Part shown: positions 6,255 through 15,450 of the stretch, piece after piece
Position numbering within the stretch: the stretch's first letter is position 1
Layout: each line of letters begins with the position of its first letter
IMG/VR virus record: IMGVR_UViG_3300006872_000009
Location: 1-49,445 of that record
DNA from: a virus
Lineage: Duplodnaviria > Caudoviricetes
Length of the DNA: 49,445 nucleotides
Direction: 5' to 3' (one strand)
Made by a program: the position numbers and the translations under genes
Notes under the pieces: generated by a model
What the model was told of the DNA's origin: nothing
Seen by the model: the letters and a program-made list of their open reading frames with translations, nothing else
The model's database searches: none

Positions 6255-7550
6255 ATGCGCGTCCAGTTCCCCAACAAGCTCCGCGTTCTCTTCACCAACA
6301 GCCGCTACAAGGTCGTCTATGGGGGCCGCGGCGGGGCGAAGTCCTGGGGCATCGCTCGGGCGTTGCTGATTCTCGGGGCGAACCGGCCGCTCCGCGTGCT
6401 CTGCTGCCGGGAGATACAGAAATCGCTCAGGGAATCGGTCTATCAGCTACTCGTCGATCAGATTGCACTCCTCGGGCTGCAGGATCATTACGAGGTGCTG
6501 GAAACGGAAATCCGTGGACGCTACCACGATACGCGCTTCTTCTTCACGGGCCTGCAAGAACATACGTCCACCTCCATCAAGTCCTACGAGGGATGCGATA
6601 TTGCGTGGATTGAAGAAGCCCAGTCCGTCAAGAAAAAGTCTCTCCAGATTCTCATCCCGACGATCCGCAAGGAGGGCTCGGAAATCTGGGTGTCGATGAA
6701 CCCCGACCTCGACACCGACTACGCCTACAAGTATTTCATCGAGACTCCACCGCCCGACGCCCAAGTCGTCGAGATGAACTACGACGACAATCCCTGGTTC
6801 CCAGACACGCTGGAGCAGGAGCGCCTCCATTGCCTGAAGACCGAGCCGGAGGAGTACGAAAACATCTGGCTCGGCAAGCCTCGCACCGCCGTCGCCGGCG
6901 CGATCTTCGCGAAGGAAGTCTCGCAACTGGTCCGCGAGGGCCGCTATACGCTCTGCCCCTACGACCCGCGCCTCAAGGTCCATACGATCTGGGACCTTGG
7001 CTGGAACGACGCGACGGCGATCCTGCTCGTCCAGCGCAATCTCTCCGAATGCCGCATCATCGGCTACCTCGAAGGATCGTTCAAGCGCGTCGACGAGTGG
7101 GCGTCGACGCTGAACGCCATGCCGTACAACTGGGGCTGGGACTATCTGCCGCACGACGGCTACGACAAGGAGCGCAAGACCGGGACGAGTGACTACGAAA
7201 TCTTGAAGAAGATGCGGCGCCGGGTGAAGCCCGAGGCGCAGAGCATCCCCAAGCTCGATGAAGAGAAGAGCATTCGAGCGGCGCGGCTCTTATTTCCGCG
7301 GCTCTACGTCCACAAGGACGGGCCGGGCATCGATCGGCTGCTCGAAGTTTGGAAGCGCTGGGCTAGGAACATTCCGAAGAGCACGAATGAGCCGGCCTCC
7401 CCCAAACACGACGAGTATTCACACGGTGGGATGGCAACGGCCTATCTCGGGTTGGTGGTGGACCGGCTCACGAACGAAGACGACATCCCGAAAGGCCCGC
7501 GGGCCCCGGCCTATCAGCCGACGGATCCTTTGTTGGGTGTGCTGGGTTAG
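6255..7550 (+). CDS. terL: Terminase large subunit, PBSX family
   Basis: Walker A YGGRGGAKS, CCREIQKSL, Walker B AWIEEAQ, WVSMNP, nuclease WDLGWND and YLPHDG. Confidence 0.95.
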   Translation: MRVQFPNKLRVLFTNSRYKVVYGGRGGAKSWGIARALLILGANRPLRVLCCREIQKSLRESVYQLLVDQIALLGLQDHYEVLETEIRGRYHDTRFFFTGLQEHTSTSIKSYEGCDIAWIEEAQSVKKKSLQILIPTIRKEGSEIWVSMNPDLDTDYAYKYFIETPPPDAQVVEMNYDDNPWFPDTLEQERLHCLKTEPEEYENIWLGKPRTAVAGAIFAKEVSQLVREGRYTLCPYDPRLKVHTIWDLGWNDATAILLVQRNLSECRIIGYLEGSFKRVDEWASTLNAMPYNWGWDYLPHDGYDKERKTGTSDYEILKKMRRRVKPEAQSIPKLDEEKSIRAARLLFPRLYVHKDGPGIDRLLEVWKRWARNIPKSTNEPASPKHDEYSHGGMATAYLGLVVDRLTNEDDIPKGPRAPAYQPTDPLLGVLG

Positions 7551-7568
7551 CCGCATGGAGGCATTCGC

Positions 7569-10043
7569 ATGACACTCACGCTCGACGACATCAACGCAGT
7601 CACTCTGCCGCCTGAGGTCCAAGCCGACCTGGATGGAGTCTCCGGTCGCCCGACTGCGCTCGATGAGGCGACTTTCTACGCCGGCATCGCCCAGGAATTG
7701 GTGACGCTCCGGAAGGAAGCGATCGACGGTCGGGCCGCGTCGGGCATCGAAGCAGTCTGGGAGATGTGCGAGGACCTCTACGCCGGCATCGATGACATGA
7801 ACCGGGCGCAGATGCCCGGGCGCATCCGCTGGCAGAAGCCGCCCTCGATGGACGGCCCGCTCACCAGTGACGATACCGACAAGACCAAAGATCCCACGCG
7901 CTCGGTGGTCTTCGTCCCGGTCACCGCCCGCTACGTCAATGCTGCGGCGGCGAAGGTCGGCGAGATCCTCCTGTCCCCAGACGATAAGAGCTTCACGGTC
8001 GATCCCACCCCGGTGCCCGATTTGATCGACGCGATGGACGACCCGCGCCCGGTCGGCCTTCGCGTCAACGGGGAGGTGGTGCCGGCCATGCGGGCCGCGA
8101 CTCCCGAGGATCTGTCGGCGGATACCCCGCCGGCCTCGCCACAGGTGCCCCCCGCTCCCGCAGTTCCTCCAGGAGCGGGTGCTCCCCCACCGCTTGCCCA
8201 CGGTGCGGGAGCCGCACCTGCGCCGGGCGTGCAGATCACCGTCCGGGACTTCGCCAAGGAAAAGATGGCGAAGGCCACCAAACGCGCCAAGGCGGCCGAA
8301 AAGCGCATCCATGACTGGATGGTCGAGACGCGCTACTCCGCCGTGATGCGCCGGGTGATCAAGGACGCCGCGAAGCTCGGGACCGGCATCGTCAAAGGGC
8401 CGTTCCCGATGACGAAGAAAGCCTATGCGACTCAAACCCTGCAGGACGTGAACGGGAAAGACCTCCTCACGCTCAAGGTCGAACACAAGATCATCTACGG
8501 CATCAAGAAGATCAGCGTGTGGGACTTCTTCCCCGATCCCTCTTGCGGCGAGCACATCCACGACGGGGACTATTGTTTCGAGCGCGACCGGATCACCGAA
8601 CGGAAGCTCGCCGAGCTGGCGCAGGAGGACGGCTACATTCCAGAGGCCATCGCCCAGGTGATCAAGGAAGGCCCGAGTAAGATCAAGATCGAAGAGGACC
8701 GTAAGCGCGGGGACGACCGCTACGACAAGCGCTACGAGATTTGGTACTTCACCGGGTATCTGAAGAAGGACAAGCTCCTCGCCTTAGCCGGACTCGCCGG
8801 GCAGGACTGGCAACGGGAGATGGAGACCGACCTTCAAGGTCCGCTCCTCAAGGACCTCGACGCCGTGCCGGTCATTTGTACGCTGGTCAACGACACGATC
8901 ATCCGGGCCGTGCTGCATCCGAACGACACCGGCGAGTTCTATTACCATGCGATCCCCTGGCTCACGCGGGACGAGACCTGGGCCGGCAAGGGGGTGGCCG
9001 AACAGGGCGAAGTGGCGCAACGCATGATCAACGGCGCCACGCGGGCGCTGAACAACAACACCGGCCAGACCGCCGGGGCGCAAATCGTCATTGACACGCT
9101 CCGCATCGAGCCGACCGATGGCATCTGGCGCATCACCCCCAACAAGCTCTGGCAACGCACCGGCGACGAGCCCGAGTTCGATGTGCAGAAAGCCTTCGAG
9201 GTCTACGAGTTTCCCAGTCGACACGAAGCCCTCATGGCCGTGATCGAGTACGGCTTTCGGCTGTACGAAGAGAGCACCAACATTCCGCTGGTCACGCAAG
9301 GCCAAAGCGGGAAGACGACGCCCGAGACACTGGGCGGGATGCAGCTCCAGGACAACAACGCGAATCAGTTGCTCCGGAGTGTCGCCTATACGTTCGACGA
9401 CTACGGCACCGAGCCGATGGTGATGCAGTGGTATCAGCTCCTCTTGCTGGACCCGGAGGTGCCCGCCGACGAAAAGGGCGATTGGAAGATCAACGCGCAT
9501 GGCTCCGCGGCCCTGGTCGAACGGCATATCCAGAACCAGACCATCGTGGGGATGTCGAACATCGTGCTCAATCCAGCCTTCGCCATTGATCCGAAGAAGT
9601 GGCTGGAGCAGTACCTCAAGGGCAATCATCTCAAGCCCACCGACTTTCAGTACACCGAAGAAGAGCAAAAGGCCCTGGCGAAGCAGCCGCCACCCAAAGC
9701 GCCAGCTGTCCAAGCCGCCGAGATCCGTGCCCAGGTGGACATGCAGAAGGCGAAGCTCGACACCGATCGGGATACGGCCTATGTGCAGGCCGAGACCGAG
9801 CGGACGCAGAAAGAATTCGAGGTCCGCATGGCCGAACTGGAGGCGAAGACCCGCCTTGAAATGCTGAAGTATGCGAACCAGCACAAGATCAAGCTGATGG
9901 AGGTGAAGGCCCAAATGGCCGAGACAGCGATGAAAGTGCAAGCCCAGCGCGAATTGTCCGCCGAGGATCGGGCGGGTGAAGTGCTGAAGCCGCCTTCCGA
10001 GCCGAAGGGGCGGGCCGAGAATGGGGATAGTTACGAGGGATGA
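7569..10043 (+). CDS. Portal protein (P22-like, long C-terminal coiled coil)
   Basis: Follows terL; DAAKLGTGIVKGP, VWDFFPDP, ETLGGMQL; 824 aa. Confidence 0.85.
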   Translation: MTLTLDDINAVTLPPEVQADLDGVSGRPTALDEATFYAGIAQELVTLRKEAIDGRAASGIEAVWEMCEDLYAGIDDMNRAQMPGRIRWQKPPSMDGPLTSDDTDKTKDPTRSVVFVPVTARYVNAAAAKVGEILLSPDDKSFTVDPTPVPDLIDAMDDPRPVGLRVNGEVVPAMRAATPEDLSADTPPASPQVPPAPAVPPGAGAPPPLAHGAGAAPAPGVQITVRDFAKEKMAKATKRAKAAEKRIHDWMVETRYSAVMRRVIKDAAKLGTGIVKGPFPMTKKAYATQTLQDVNGKDLLTLKVEHKIIYGIKKISVWDFFPDPSCGEHIHDGDYCFERDRITERKLAELAQEDGYIPEAIAQVIKEGPSKIKIEEDRKRGDDRYDKRYEIWYFTGYLKKDKLLALAGLAGQDWQREMETDLQGPLLKDLDAVPVICTLVNDTIIRAVLHPNDTGEFYYHAIPWLTRDETWAGKGVAEQGEVAQRMINGATRALNNNTGQTAGAQIVIDTLRIEPTDGIWRITPNKLWQRTGDEPEFDVQKAFEVYEFPSRHEALMAVIEYGFRLYEESTNIPLVTQGQSGKTTPETLGGMQLQDNNANQLLRSVAYTFDDYGTEPMVMQWYQLLLLDPEVPADEKGDWKINAHGSAALVERHIQNQTIVGMSNIVLNPAFAIDPKKWLEQYLKGNHLKPTDFQYTEEEQKALAKQPPPKAPAVQAAEIRAQVDMQKAKLDTDRDTAYVQAETERTQKEFEVRMAELEAKTRLEMLKYANQHKIKLMEVKAQMAETAMKVQAQRELSAEDRAGEVLKPPSEPKGRAENGDSYEG

Positions 10044-10294
10044 ATGGCCGACGGCTTCCAGATGGGACCGATTGGTCTTCGTCTTGGCAGCCTGGCGACT
10101 ATTCCAAGATGCCCTATGGCTGGATCGTCTGCACGCCGAATGGGGAGGTAGGGACGTTGATGGAGCGGAACCATGCTGTTGTCGAACACGAAGATGGGAC
10201 CATCACGGTAAGCCCGTCAATCCTGATCTACCCGCACCACGACGGGCCAGGCTGGCACGGATTCTTAGAGCGCGGTATCTGGAGACCGGCATGA
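10040..10294 (+). CDS. Hypothetical protein (DUF6527-like)
   Basis: TITVSPSIL...WHGFLERGIW. Confidence 0.65.
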   Translation: MNGRRLPDGTDWSSSWQPGDYSKMPYGWIVCTPNGEVGTLMERNHAVVEHEDGTITVSPSILIYPHHDGPGWHGFLERGIWRPA

Positions 10295-10659
10295 CACCCA
10301 TCATACAGAAACCCAATGGCTGTTACGCTGCGTGCATCGCGTCGATTACGGGTATTCCGCTCGACGAGGTGCCGCATCCAGTAGAGAGCGATTTCTCGCC
10401 ACAAGCGTGGTGTCTCTACCGCAACACCTTGGTGCGCTTTCTTCGGTACCGAGGATGGTGGCTCGCCTACATTCCGGTTGCGACCGAATGGGGCCCGCCA
10501 AAGGGGTATGCGATCATCAGCGGCAACAGTCCGCGAGGTACTGGTCATTCCTGCGTAGCGCTGGACGGGAAGATCATCCATGACCCGCACCCCGAAGGCG
10601 GTGGGCTTGTGACGACAGAAGAATACGAAGTGCTGATTGAGTTGGTGACTTCACAATGA
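10291..10659 (+). CDS. Conserved phage protein, papain-like Cys/His motifs
   Basis: GCYAACIASITGIPLDEVP...SPRGTGHSCVALDGKIIHDPHP; ATGA coupling. Confidence 0.7.
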   Translation: MTPIIQKPNGCYAACIASITGIPLDEVPHPVESDFSPQAWCLYRNTLVRFLRYRGWWLAYIPVATEWGPPKGYAIISGNSPRGTGHSCVALDGKIIHDPHPEGGGLVTTEEYEVLIELVTSQ

Positions 10660-10973
10660 GCAACGCGATCACGCCGCTCACCTTCGCCTCGACCGACGCC
10701 TTACTGGACGAACTGTGTAGCCGGTTCGATCATGCCATCTTCGCTGGGATGAAGGTTCGCCCGCTCAAGGAAGATGAGAAGGATACCCCCGATGGGCAAA
10801 TTTACGAGAAGTGGCGGAAGGTGGGCAACACGCGCACCTGCCAAGGCTTGGCCTTCGGGGCGATGCTGCGCCTGAACTACGCATGGGAAGAACATGCCCA
10901 AGCAGCCACGGATGATTCCCCGTACCCAGAGACAGACGATAACCCCACACCCCAAGGAGGACCCGATGAATAG
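10656..10973 (+). CDS. Hypothetical protein
   Basis: ATGA coupling; 105 aa. Confidence 0.65.
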   Translation: MSNAITPLTFASTDALLDELCSRFDHAIFAGMKVRPLKEDEKDTPDGQIYEKWRKVGNTRTCQGLAFGAMLRLNYAWEEHAQAATDDSPYPETDDNPTPQGGPDE

Positions 10974-11250
10974 CACTACGCTCGCAGCTGGACAACCCAT
11001 GACCCGCAACGTCTCCAATGCGCCTGAGCCTGTCGCGAACACCCTGACGAACGTGCAGGACGGCACCGTACAGCGTTTGGTGGACCTGGAGCACATGGTC
11101 GAGGAGATGCACGCTCGGCTGTTCGGGCCCACGGCCAAGAAGGATGAGGCTCTCCCGAAAGCAAGCGGCAGCTTGGAAACGGCGCTGGAGATTCGCTCCC
11201 GCGTGTGCCGGATCCAGGAGACAGTGGGGTCCATCCTGTCGGCGTTGTAA
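10966..11250 (+). CDS. Hypothetical protein
   Basis: AAGGAGG RBS then ATG 10966. Confidence 0.65.
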   Translation: MNSTTLAAGQPMTRNVSNAPEPVANTLTNVQDGTVQRLVDLEHMVEEMHARLFGPTAKKDEALPKASGSLETALEIRSRVCRIQETVGSILSAL

Positions 11251-11299
11251 CGCACGCCAGTGTCTCATGGAGCCACGATGACGAAAGGAGGTGGGTGCC

Positions 11300-11335
11300 A
11301 TGAAAGGCAAGAAAGGCAAAGGCAAGAAGTGCTAG
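11300..11335 (+). CDS. 11-aa Lys/Gly micropeptide MKGKKGKGKKC
   Basis: Perfect AAAGGAGGT Shine-Dalgarno 7 nt before the ATG. Confidence 0.55.
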   Translation: MKGKKGKGKKC

Positions 11336-11433
11336 GCCTCTCGCGGCGGCAGATGCTCAAAGTGTCGGCGGGCACTGTCGCCGCTGTAGGGGATCGGCTC
11401 TGGTGCCTGGTCTTACTCAGGAGGATTGTATGA
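11329..11433 (+). CDS. 34-aa twin-arginine-motif peptide (possible remnant)
   Basis: GTG start overlapping the micropeptide end; SRRQMLK; ATGA overlap with next gene. Confidence 0.35.
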   Translation: MLGLSRRQMLKVSAGTVAAVGDRLWCLVLLRRIV

Positions 11434-11642
11434 AAGGCTTAGTCGTCGGGCGCATGGTCCATTACCGGCCGCGGGGTACGTTTGCCGTGCGGGCCGCAGT
11501 CGTCACGGAGGTCTTGGATAAAGAGCAGGGCGACGTGCATCTCATGGTCTTTCATCCCGGCCAGTCAGCCCCCGAGAGCAAGGTGCCGTACTCGGAGATG
11601 GCCTTCGAGCATACCTGGGGCTGGATTCCGGTCGAGAAATGA
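11430..11642 (+). CDS. Conserved small phage protein
   Basis: AGGAGG RBS; VGRMVHY...RAAVVTEV...VHLMVF...TWGW pattern. Confidence 0.75.
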   Translation: MKGLVVGRMVHYRPRGTFAVRAAVVTEVLDKEQGDVHLMVFHPGQSAPESKVPYSEMAFEHTWGWIPVEK

Positions 11643-11800
11643 AGCCGCATGCGATCAGAAGCGACAGCGACGAGTTTCTCCTCCTGCGCTCGATCGAGGA
11701 CTGGGTGCGGGAGGCGCAAGAGGCCGGGCAGCCTCACGTCACGCTGCAACTGGCGGCGGTCGAGTTTTTGATCGAGAAGGCGAAACGGTCCCACGACTGA
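11639..11800 (+). CDS. Hypothetical 53-aa protein
   Basis: ATGA and TGATG coupling on both sides; MKPHAIRSDSDEFLLLRSIEDW... Confidence 0.5.
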   Translation: MKPHAIRSDSDEFLLLRSIEDWVREAQEAGQPHVTLQLAAVEFLIEKAKRSHD

Positions 11801-11997
11801 TGACCCCACGGAGGCCCATGCTCGCCACCGAAGTCCCCGACAAGCCCCTCTTTCCCGCCATCGAAGCCGCCGAAATCCTCGGCGTGAGCCTGCCCACTGT
11901 GTATCGGTTGATCGAGTCCGGCGTCCTGGTGACGCATCTGACCAGAAAGCCCTACCGGATTCGCCGTGAGTCCATCCTTCGCTTACTGAATCCATAA
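11800..11997 (+). CDS. HTH_17 (excisionase/MerR-like) DNA-binding protein
   Basis: EAAEILGVSLPTVYRLIESGVL...PYRIRRESI; alternative start 11818. Confidence 0.8.
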   Translation: MTPRRPMLATEVPDKPLFPAIEAAEILGVSLPTVYRLIESGVLVTHLTRKPYRIRRESILRLLNP

Positions 11998-12007
11998 GAA
12001 AAACTCC

Positions 12008-12070
12008 TTCTCAGGATTCTCCGCTTTATCAGCCCATCGCGCTGACATGCGCTATGTCTCAGCGCGATGG
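12008..12070 (+). promoter_or_regulatory. Head-operon control region: 9-bp-period repeats plus hairpin over the start codon
   Basis: TTCTCA/TTCTCC/TTATCA at 12008, 12017, 12026; CCATCGCGCTGA (12034-45) pairs with TCAGCGCGATGG (12059-70). Confidence 0.5.
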
Positions 12071-12294
12071 AGCTCTCTCCCCACGAACGCGACTCTCCGC
12101 TCGGGAAGAAGCTCTACCAGCATTATGCAGAGCGCCTTGAGTCACTCCGCCGCAAAAACGATCACGACATGGACGAGCACGACCGCGCTCTGCTCGTCGC
12201 TCAAATCAAAGAAGTCAAAGCGTTTCTCCGGCTCTTTGAAGAGCCGATCAAGGCCGCCTCGCAAGACACGGCCATCCCGTTCGCCCACGTCTAA
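12067..12294 (+). CDS. Small head-module protein (Bbp19-like position)
   Basis: 75 aa helical protein immediately upstream of the scaffold. Confidence 0.65.
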   Translation: MELSPHERDSPLGKKLYQHYAERLESLRRKNDHDMDEHDRALLVAQIKEVKAFLRLFEEPIKAASQDTAIPFAHV

Positions 12295-12320
12295 CCGACG
12301 CCGGCGCTGTAGGAGGGTCT

Positions 12321-13217
12321 ATGCCCCCAGTCGACGACGCCATCGAGACCGAGACCGACCAGCCGCAAACCGCCGACGAGGCGGCTGCCGAAGAGGCGGC
12401 GTTCGTCCAGAGCTTCGGAGGTCAGCCCGAGACGCCCACGGAGCCCGCTCCGCCGGCAGGCCAGGCGACCGACGAGGAGGACGAGACCGCCCCGGAGACT
12501 GCCGAGTCCTCGGATCCGACGGAGCCCGCGCCGCCGCGGACGCTCACGGCCGAGGAGTACGAGGCATGGCTCGCGAAGGTGGCCGAGGTGGACAACCTCA
12601 AGGCCGCGCTCACGAAGCTCGAAAGCACGACAGCCGGACGGATCGGCGGGTTGCAGCGCGAATTGCGCGAGCGCCAAGCCCAGACGCCGGTGGGGCAGAC
12701 CGTCAAGGTGACCGCCGAGGATTTCACCGAGATGCAACGGGACTTCCCGGAGCTGGTGAACCTCACGGTCAATGGCTTGAACCGGGCCCTGGAGAAAGTG
12801 AAGGGCACCGGGGAGTTCGACCCGCAGGCCTTCGAGCAGAAGGTCACCGAGCGGGTCACCGCCGAAACGCAGCAAATCAAGCTCGACCTGATGGATTCCG
12901 TTCGCGAGGACTGGCGCGAGGTCGTCAACAGCGAGCCCTACAAGCAGTGGCTCGCGACCCAGCCGGTCGAGTACCAAACCCAGGTGCTCGACTCCTGGTC
13001 GCCCCGGGTCGTCCTTGGATCCATCAAGTCGTTCGAAACCGCGACGAAACCCCCCGTCACACCGTCCGACCCCACGCCTCCCACGCCTCCCACGCGCTCG
13101 CGCCGTCTTGCTGCGGCCGTCGCGCCGAAGAGTGCCGGTGGGGCGGGATCGCCGACGGCGAAGACGGAGGACGACTATTTCAACGAGGGTTTCACGACGG
13201 GTCGCGTGACCCGCTGA
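12321..13217 (+). CDS. Capsid scaffolding protein
   Basis: AGGAGG RBS; acidic low-complexity N-terminus, coiled coil; precedes the capsid. Confidence 0.75.
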   Translation: MPPVDDAIETETDQPQTADEAAAEEAAFVQSFGGQPETPTEPAPPAGQATDEEDETAPETAESSDPTEPAPPRTLTAEEYEAWLAKVAEVDNLKAALTKLESTTAGRIGGLQRELRERQAQTPVGQTVKVTAEDFTEMQRDFPELVNLTVNGLNRALEKVKGTGEFDPQAFEQKVTERVTAETQQIKLDLMDSVREDWREVVNSEPYKQWLATQPVEYQTQVLDSWSPRVVLGSIKSFETATKPPVTPSDPTPPTPPTRSRRLAAAVAPKSAGGAGSPTAKTEDDYFNEGFTTGRVTR

Positions 13218-13235
13218 ACCTAAAGGAGCTGCCCC

Positions 13236-14306
13236 ATGTCGATGCACGCCTATAACACCGCCGCTGCGCGGATCGGGAAATTCAAGGGCGCGATCCTGAA
13301 GCACGCCGAGCCGGTGGAAATGCTCTCGAAGCTCGGGAAGCAAGTGAAGTTCCCGGCGAACAACAGCGACACCTACGTCGCCCGGCGCTATCTGCCCTAC
13401 GGCGCCGCCAGCACCAACAGTTCCACGATCAACCAGTTCTTCACCAACGGAACGGGGGATCGCGGGAACGCCGTGGTGCAGGCGCACCAAACGCAGGAAG
13501 GCGTCACGCCCCTGCCCGACAGCATCACGCCGCAGGACGTGACCGTCGTGCCGCAACAGTATTCCTGCCTCTATGGATTTACGGACAAGACGTTCGACCT
13601 GTACGAGGACGACATTCCCCAGCAGATGACCATCCAGATCGGCGAGCGCGTGACGTTCGTCAACGAAATGATCATCTACGGGGTCTTGAAGACCTGCACC
13701 AACGTCTACTACGGCGGGGCGGGGACGTCGATCGCGACGGTCAACGGGGGCTTCTCGCTCTCGCTGGTCCGGCGCATCGTCAAGAACCTGCAAGCCAATC
13801 ATGCGAAGCCGGTCAACCGGATGCTCTCGGCCTCCCCGAACTACGGGACCGAGCCGGTGGCGGAAGGCTATCTGGTCTATGTCCACACGGACCTGGAGCC
13901 GGACATCCGCGACCTCCCCGGCTTCACGCCGACCGAGAAGTACGCCTCGGGGAAGCCCATGCCGGGCGAGATCGGCAAGGTGGAGCGGTTCCGCTTCATC
14001 GGCCACCCCGATCTGCCGGCGATCCAAGACGGCGGGGCGGCCATCGGGGCCACGGGGCTCGCCTCCACGACCGGCTCCAACATCGACGTGTACGGCGTCA
14101 TCGTCGTCGCGGAGAACGCCTGGAGCCAGGTGGCGGTCCGCGGCAAGGACAGCCTGAAGCCCACCTATCTGCCCCCGGGGAAAGCCTCGAAGTCCGACCC
14201 GTTCGGACAGCGCGGCTATGCGGGCACGATCTGGTGGAAGGCCATCATGATCGAAAACAACGGCTGGATGGCCGTCGCCTACGTCGGGGTGAAGACCCTC
14301 GCGTAA
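13236..14306 (+). CDS. Major capsid protein, N4-gp56 family
   Basis: EGVTP, YVHTDLEPDIRDL, GEIGKVERFRFI, SDPFGQRGYAG; AAGGAG RBS. Confidence 0.92.
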   Translation: MSMHAYNTAAARIGKFKGAILKHAEPVEMLSKLGKQVKFPANNSDTYVARRYLPYGAASTNSSTINQFFTNGTGDRGNAVVQAHQTQEGVTPLPDSITPQDVTVVPQQYSCLYGFTDKTFDLYEDDIPQQMTIQIGERVTFVNEMIIYGVLKTCTNVYYGGAGTSIATVNGGFSLSLVRRIVKNLQANHAKPVNRMLSASPNYGTEPVAEGYLVYVHTDLEPDIRDLPGFTPTEKYASGKPMPGEIGKVERFRFIGHPDLPAIQDGGAAIGATGLASTTGSNIDVYGVIVVAENAWSQVAVRGKDSLKPTYLPPGKASKSDPFGQRGYAGTIWWKAIMIENNGWMAVAYVGVKTLA

Positions 14307-14320
14307 GCCTGAACCGTGAC

Positions 14321-14346
14321 GCGCCCGGGGCTTCGGTCTCGGGTGC
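14321..14346 (+). other. Stable C(UUCG)G hairpin after the capsid gene
   Basis: GCGCCCGGGGC-TTCG-GTCTCGGGTGC; no U-tract, so more likely an mRNA-stability or pause element than a terminator. Confidence 0.55.
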
Positions 14347-14361
14347 AAGAAGGAGACGCCC

Positions 14362-14886
14362 ATGATTGGCACCCTCACCAACTGGCTCAGCCAGGCCTTC
14401 GGGGATTCACGGCAGCGCATTGCGTTGCATGCGGTCCTCGATCCCATGGCGGACCGCCAGTCCACCAAGATCCTCCGCGACCCGGGCCTCGTCATCAAGG
14501 CGGGCGGGGGCGTGCTGGTGAAAGCCGGCAACGCCTTCCATGCCGTGGTGAAAGGCAAGCTCCTGACCAAGGCGGCCAACACCGACATGGCCGCCCTCTC
14601 GGGGACGGTCACCAACGCCAAGTTCAACGTCTTCTGCTTCTTCGTCGACGCGGCCGGCACCCTGACCAGCGCGATGGGAACCGAAGGCGCGGCCTTGGCC
14701 GACGTGAAGTTCCCCGAGTTCCCGAAGAACAAGGCGTTGATCGGATTCATCATCGTGAATCCGACCGGCACCGGCAATTTCGTCGGCAACACCACGGCGC
14801 TCGACGACGTGACGGTCGTCCCGAACGTGGTCTACGTCGATGGCAACGATCTCGGGAACTTCGACCCGAGCGTGCTCATCGACTAA
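14362..14886 (+). CDS. Putative capsid decoration protein (paralog 1)
   Basis: AAGGAG RBS; follows the capsid; KFPEFPKNKALIGFIIVN motif. Confidence 0.6.
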   Translation: MIGTLTNWLSQAFGDSRQRIALHAVLDPMADRQSTKILRDPGLVIKAGGGVLVKAGNAFHAVVKGKLLTKAANTDMAALSGTVTNAKFNVFCFFVDAAGTLTSAMGTEGAALADVKFPEFPKNKALIGFIIVNPTGTGNFVGNTTALDDVTVVPNVVYVDGNDLGNFDPSVLID

Positions 14887-14915
14887 CAACCCGCGACTCA
14901 CAAGGGAGTACCGCC

Positions 14916-15392
14916 ATGGACAATCTGATGTATCCGGGGCTGACGCAGTGCTTGATCCACGCCGCGCTCGCGGCTGGGACGACCTCGACGATCAGCACCA
15001 CCGGGACCACGCATTTCGCGATCAAGGGCCGCACGTACACCAAGGCGGCCATGACGAACACCGCGACCCCGACGACCGACGCCGTGACCGGCGCCGCCTT
15101 TCCGTCGGTGGCCGTCGGCAAGGGTTCGGTCATCGTGATCGGGCTCGACAAGGACGGCAACGTCAAAGCCGCCCAGGGGACCATCACGGACCTGGACGCG
15201 GCCGGGAATTTCCTGGTCGCGCCGCAGTTCCCGCCCATCCCAGACACCATGTGCCCCATCGGCTACGTGGTGGTGAAGAACCAGACCGGCGGCTCGGCCT
15301 GGACCTTCGGATCCAACAACTGGACCGCGACCAGCTTGATCGACACGTTCGTGTCGGTCAGCACGCTGCCGCCGCGGCCGGTCATCGACTAA
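14916..15392 (+). CDS. Putative capsid decoration protein (paralog 2)
   Basis: GGGAG RBS, ATG 14916; QFPPIPDTMCPIGYVVVK resembles paralog 1. Confidence 0.6.
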   Translation: MDNLMYPGLTQCLIHAALAAGTTSTISTTGTTHFAIKGRTYTKAAMTNTATPTTDAVTGAAFPSVAVGKGSVIVIGLDKDGNVKAAQGTITDLDAAGNFLVAPQFPPIPDTMCPIGYVVVKNQTGGSAWTFGSNNWTATSLIDTFVSVSTLPPRPVID

Positions 15393-15404
15393 GCCAACCT
15401 GTGA

Positions 15405-15432
15405 GCCGGGGGTCTCACCCGAGGCTCCCGGT
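15405..15432 (+). other. GC-rich hairpin after the decoration genes
   Basis: GCCGGGGGTCTC-ACCC-GAGGCTCCCGGT; no U-tract. Confidence 0.45.
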
Positions 15433-15450
15433 CCGCATTAGGAGGACCTC

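Noticed and set aside
8100-8230. Pro/Ala-rich insertion in the portal
   Set aside because: Low-complexity loop; no intein or intron hallmarks
12291-14795. 834-aa minus-strand ORF and other long antisense ORFs (7419-8561, 8784-9941, 15415-16803, 30042-31877, 34431-35642)
   Set aside because: They mirror well-supported plus-strand genes; high GC3 codon bias suppresses antisense stops; no motifs or RBS
14321-15432. Hairpins after the capsid and decoration genes as intrinsic terminators
   Set aside because: No U-tracts; listed only as structural elements
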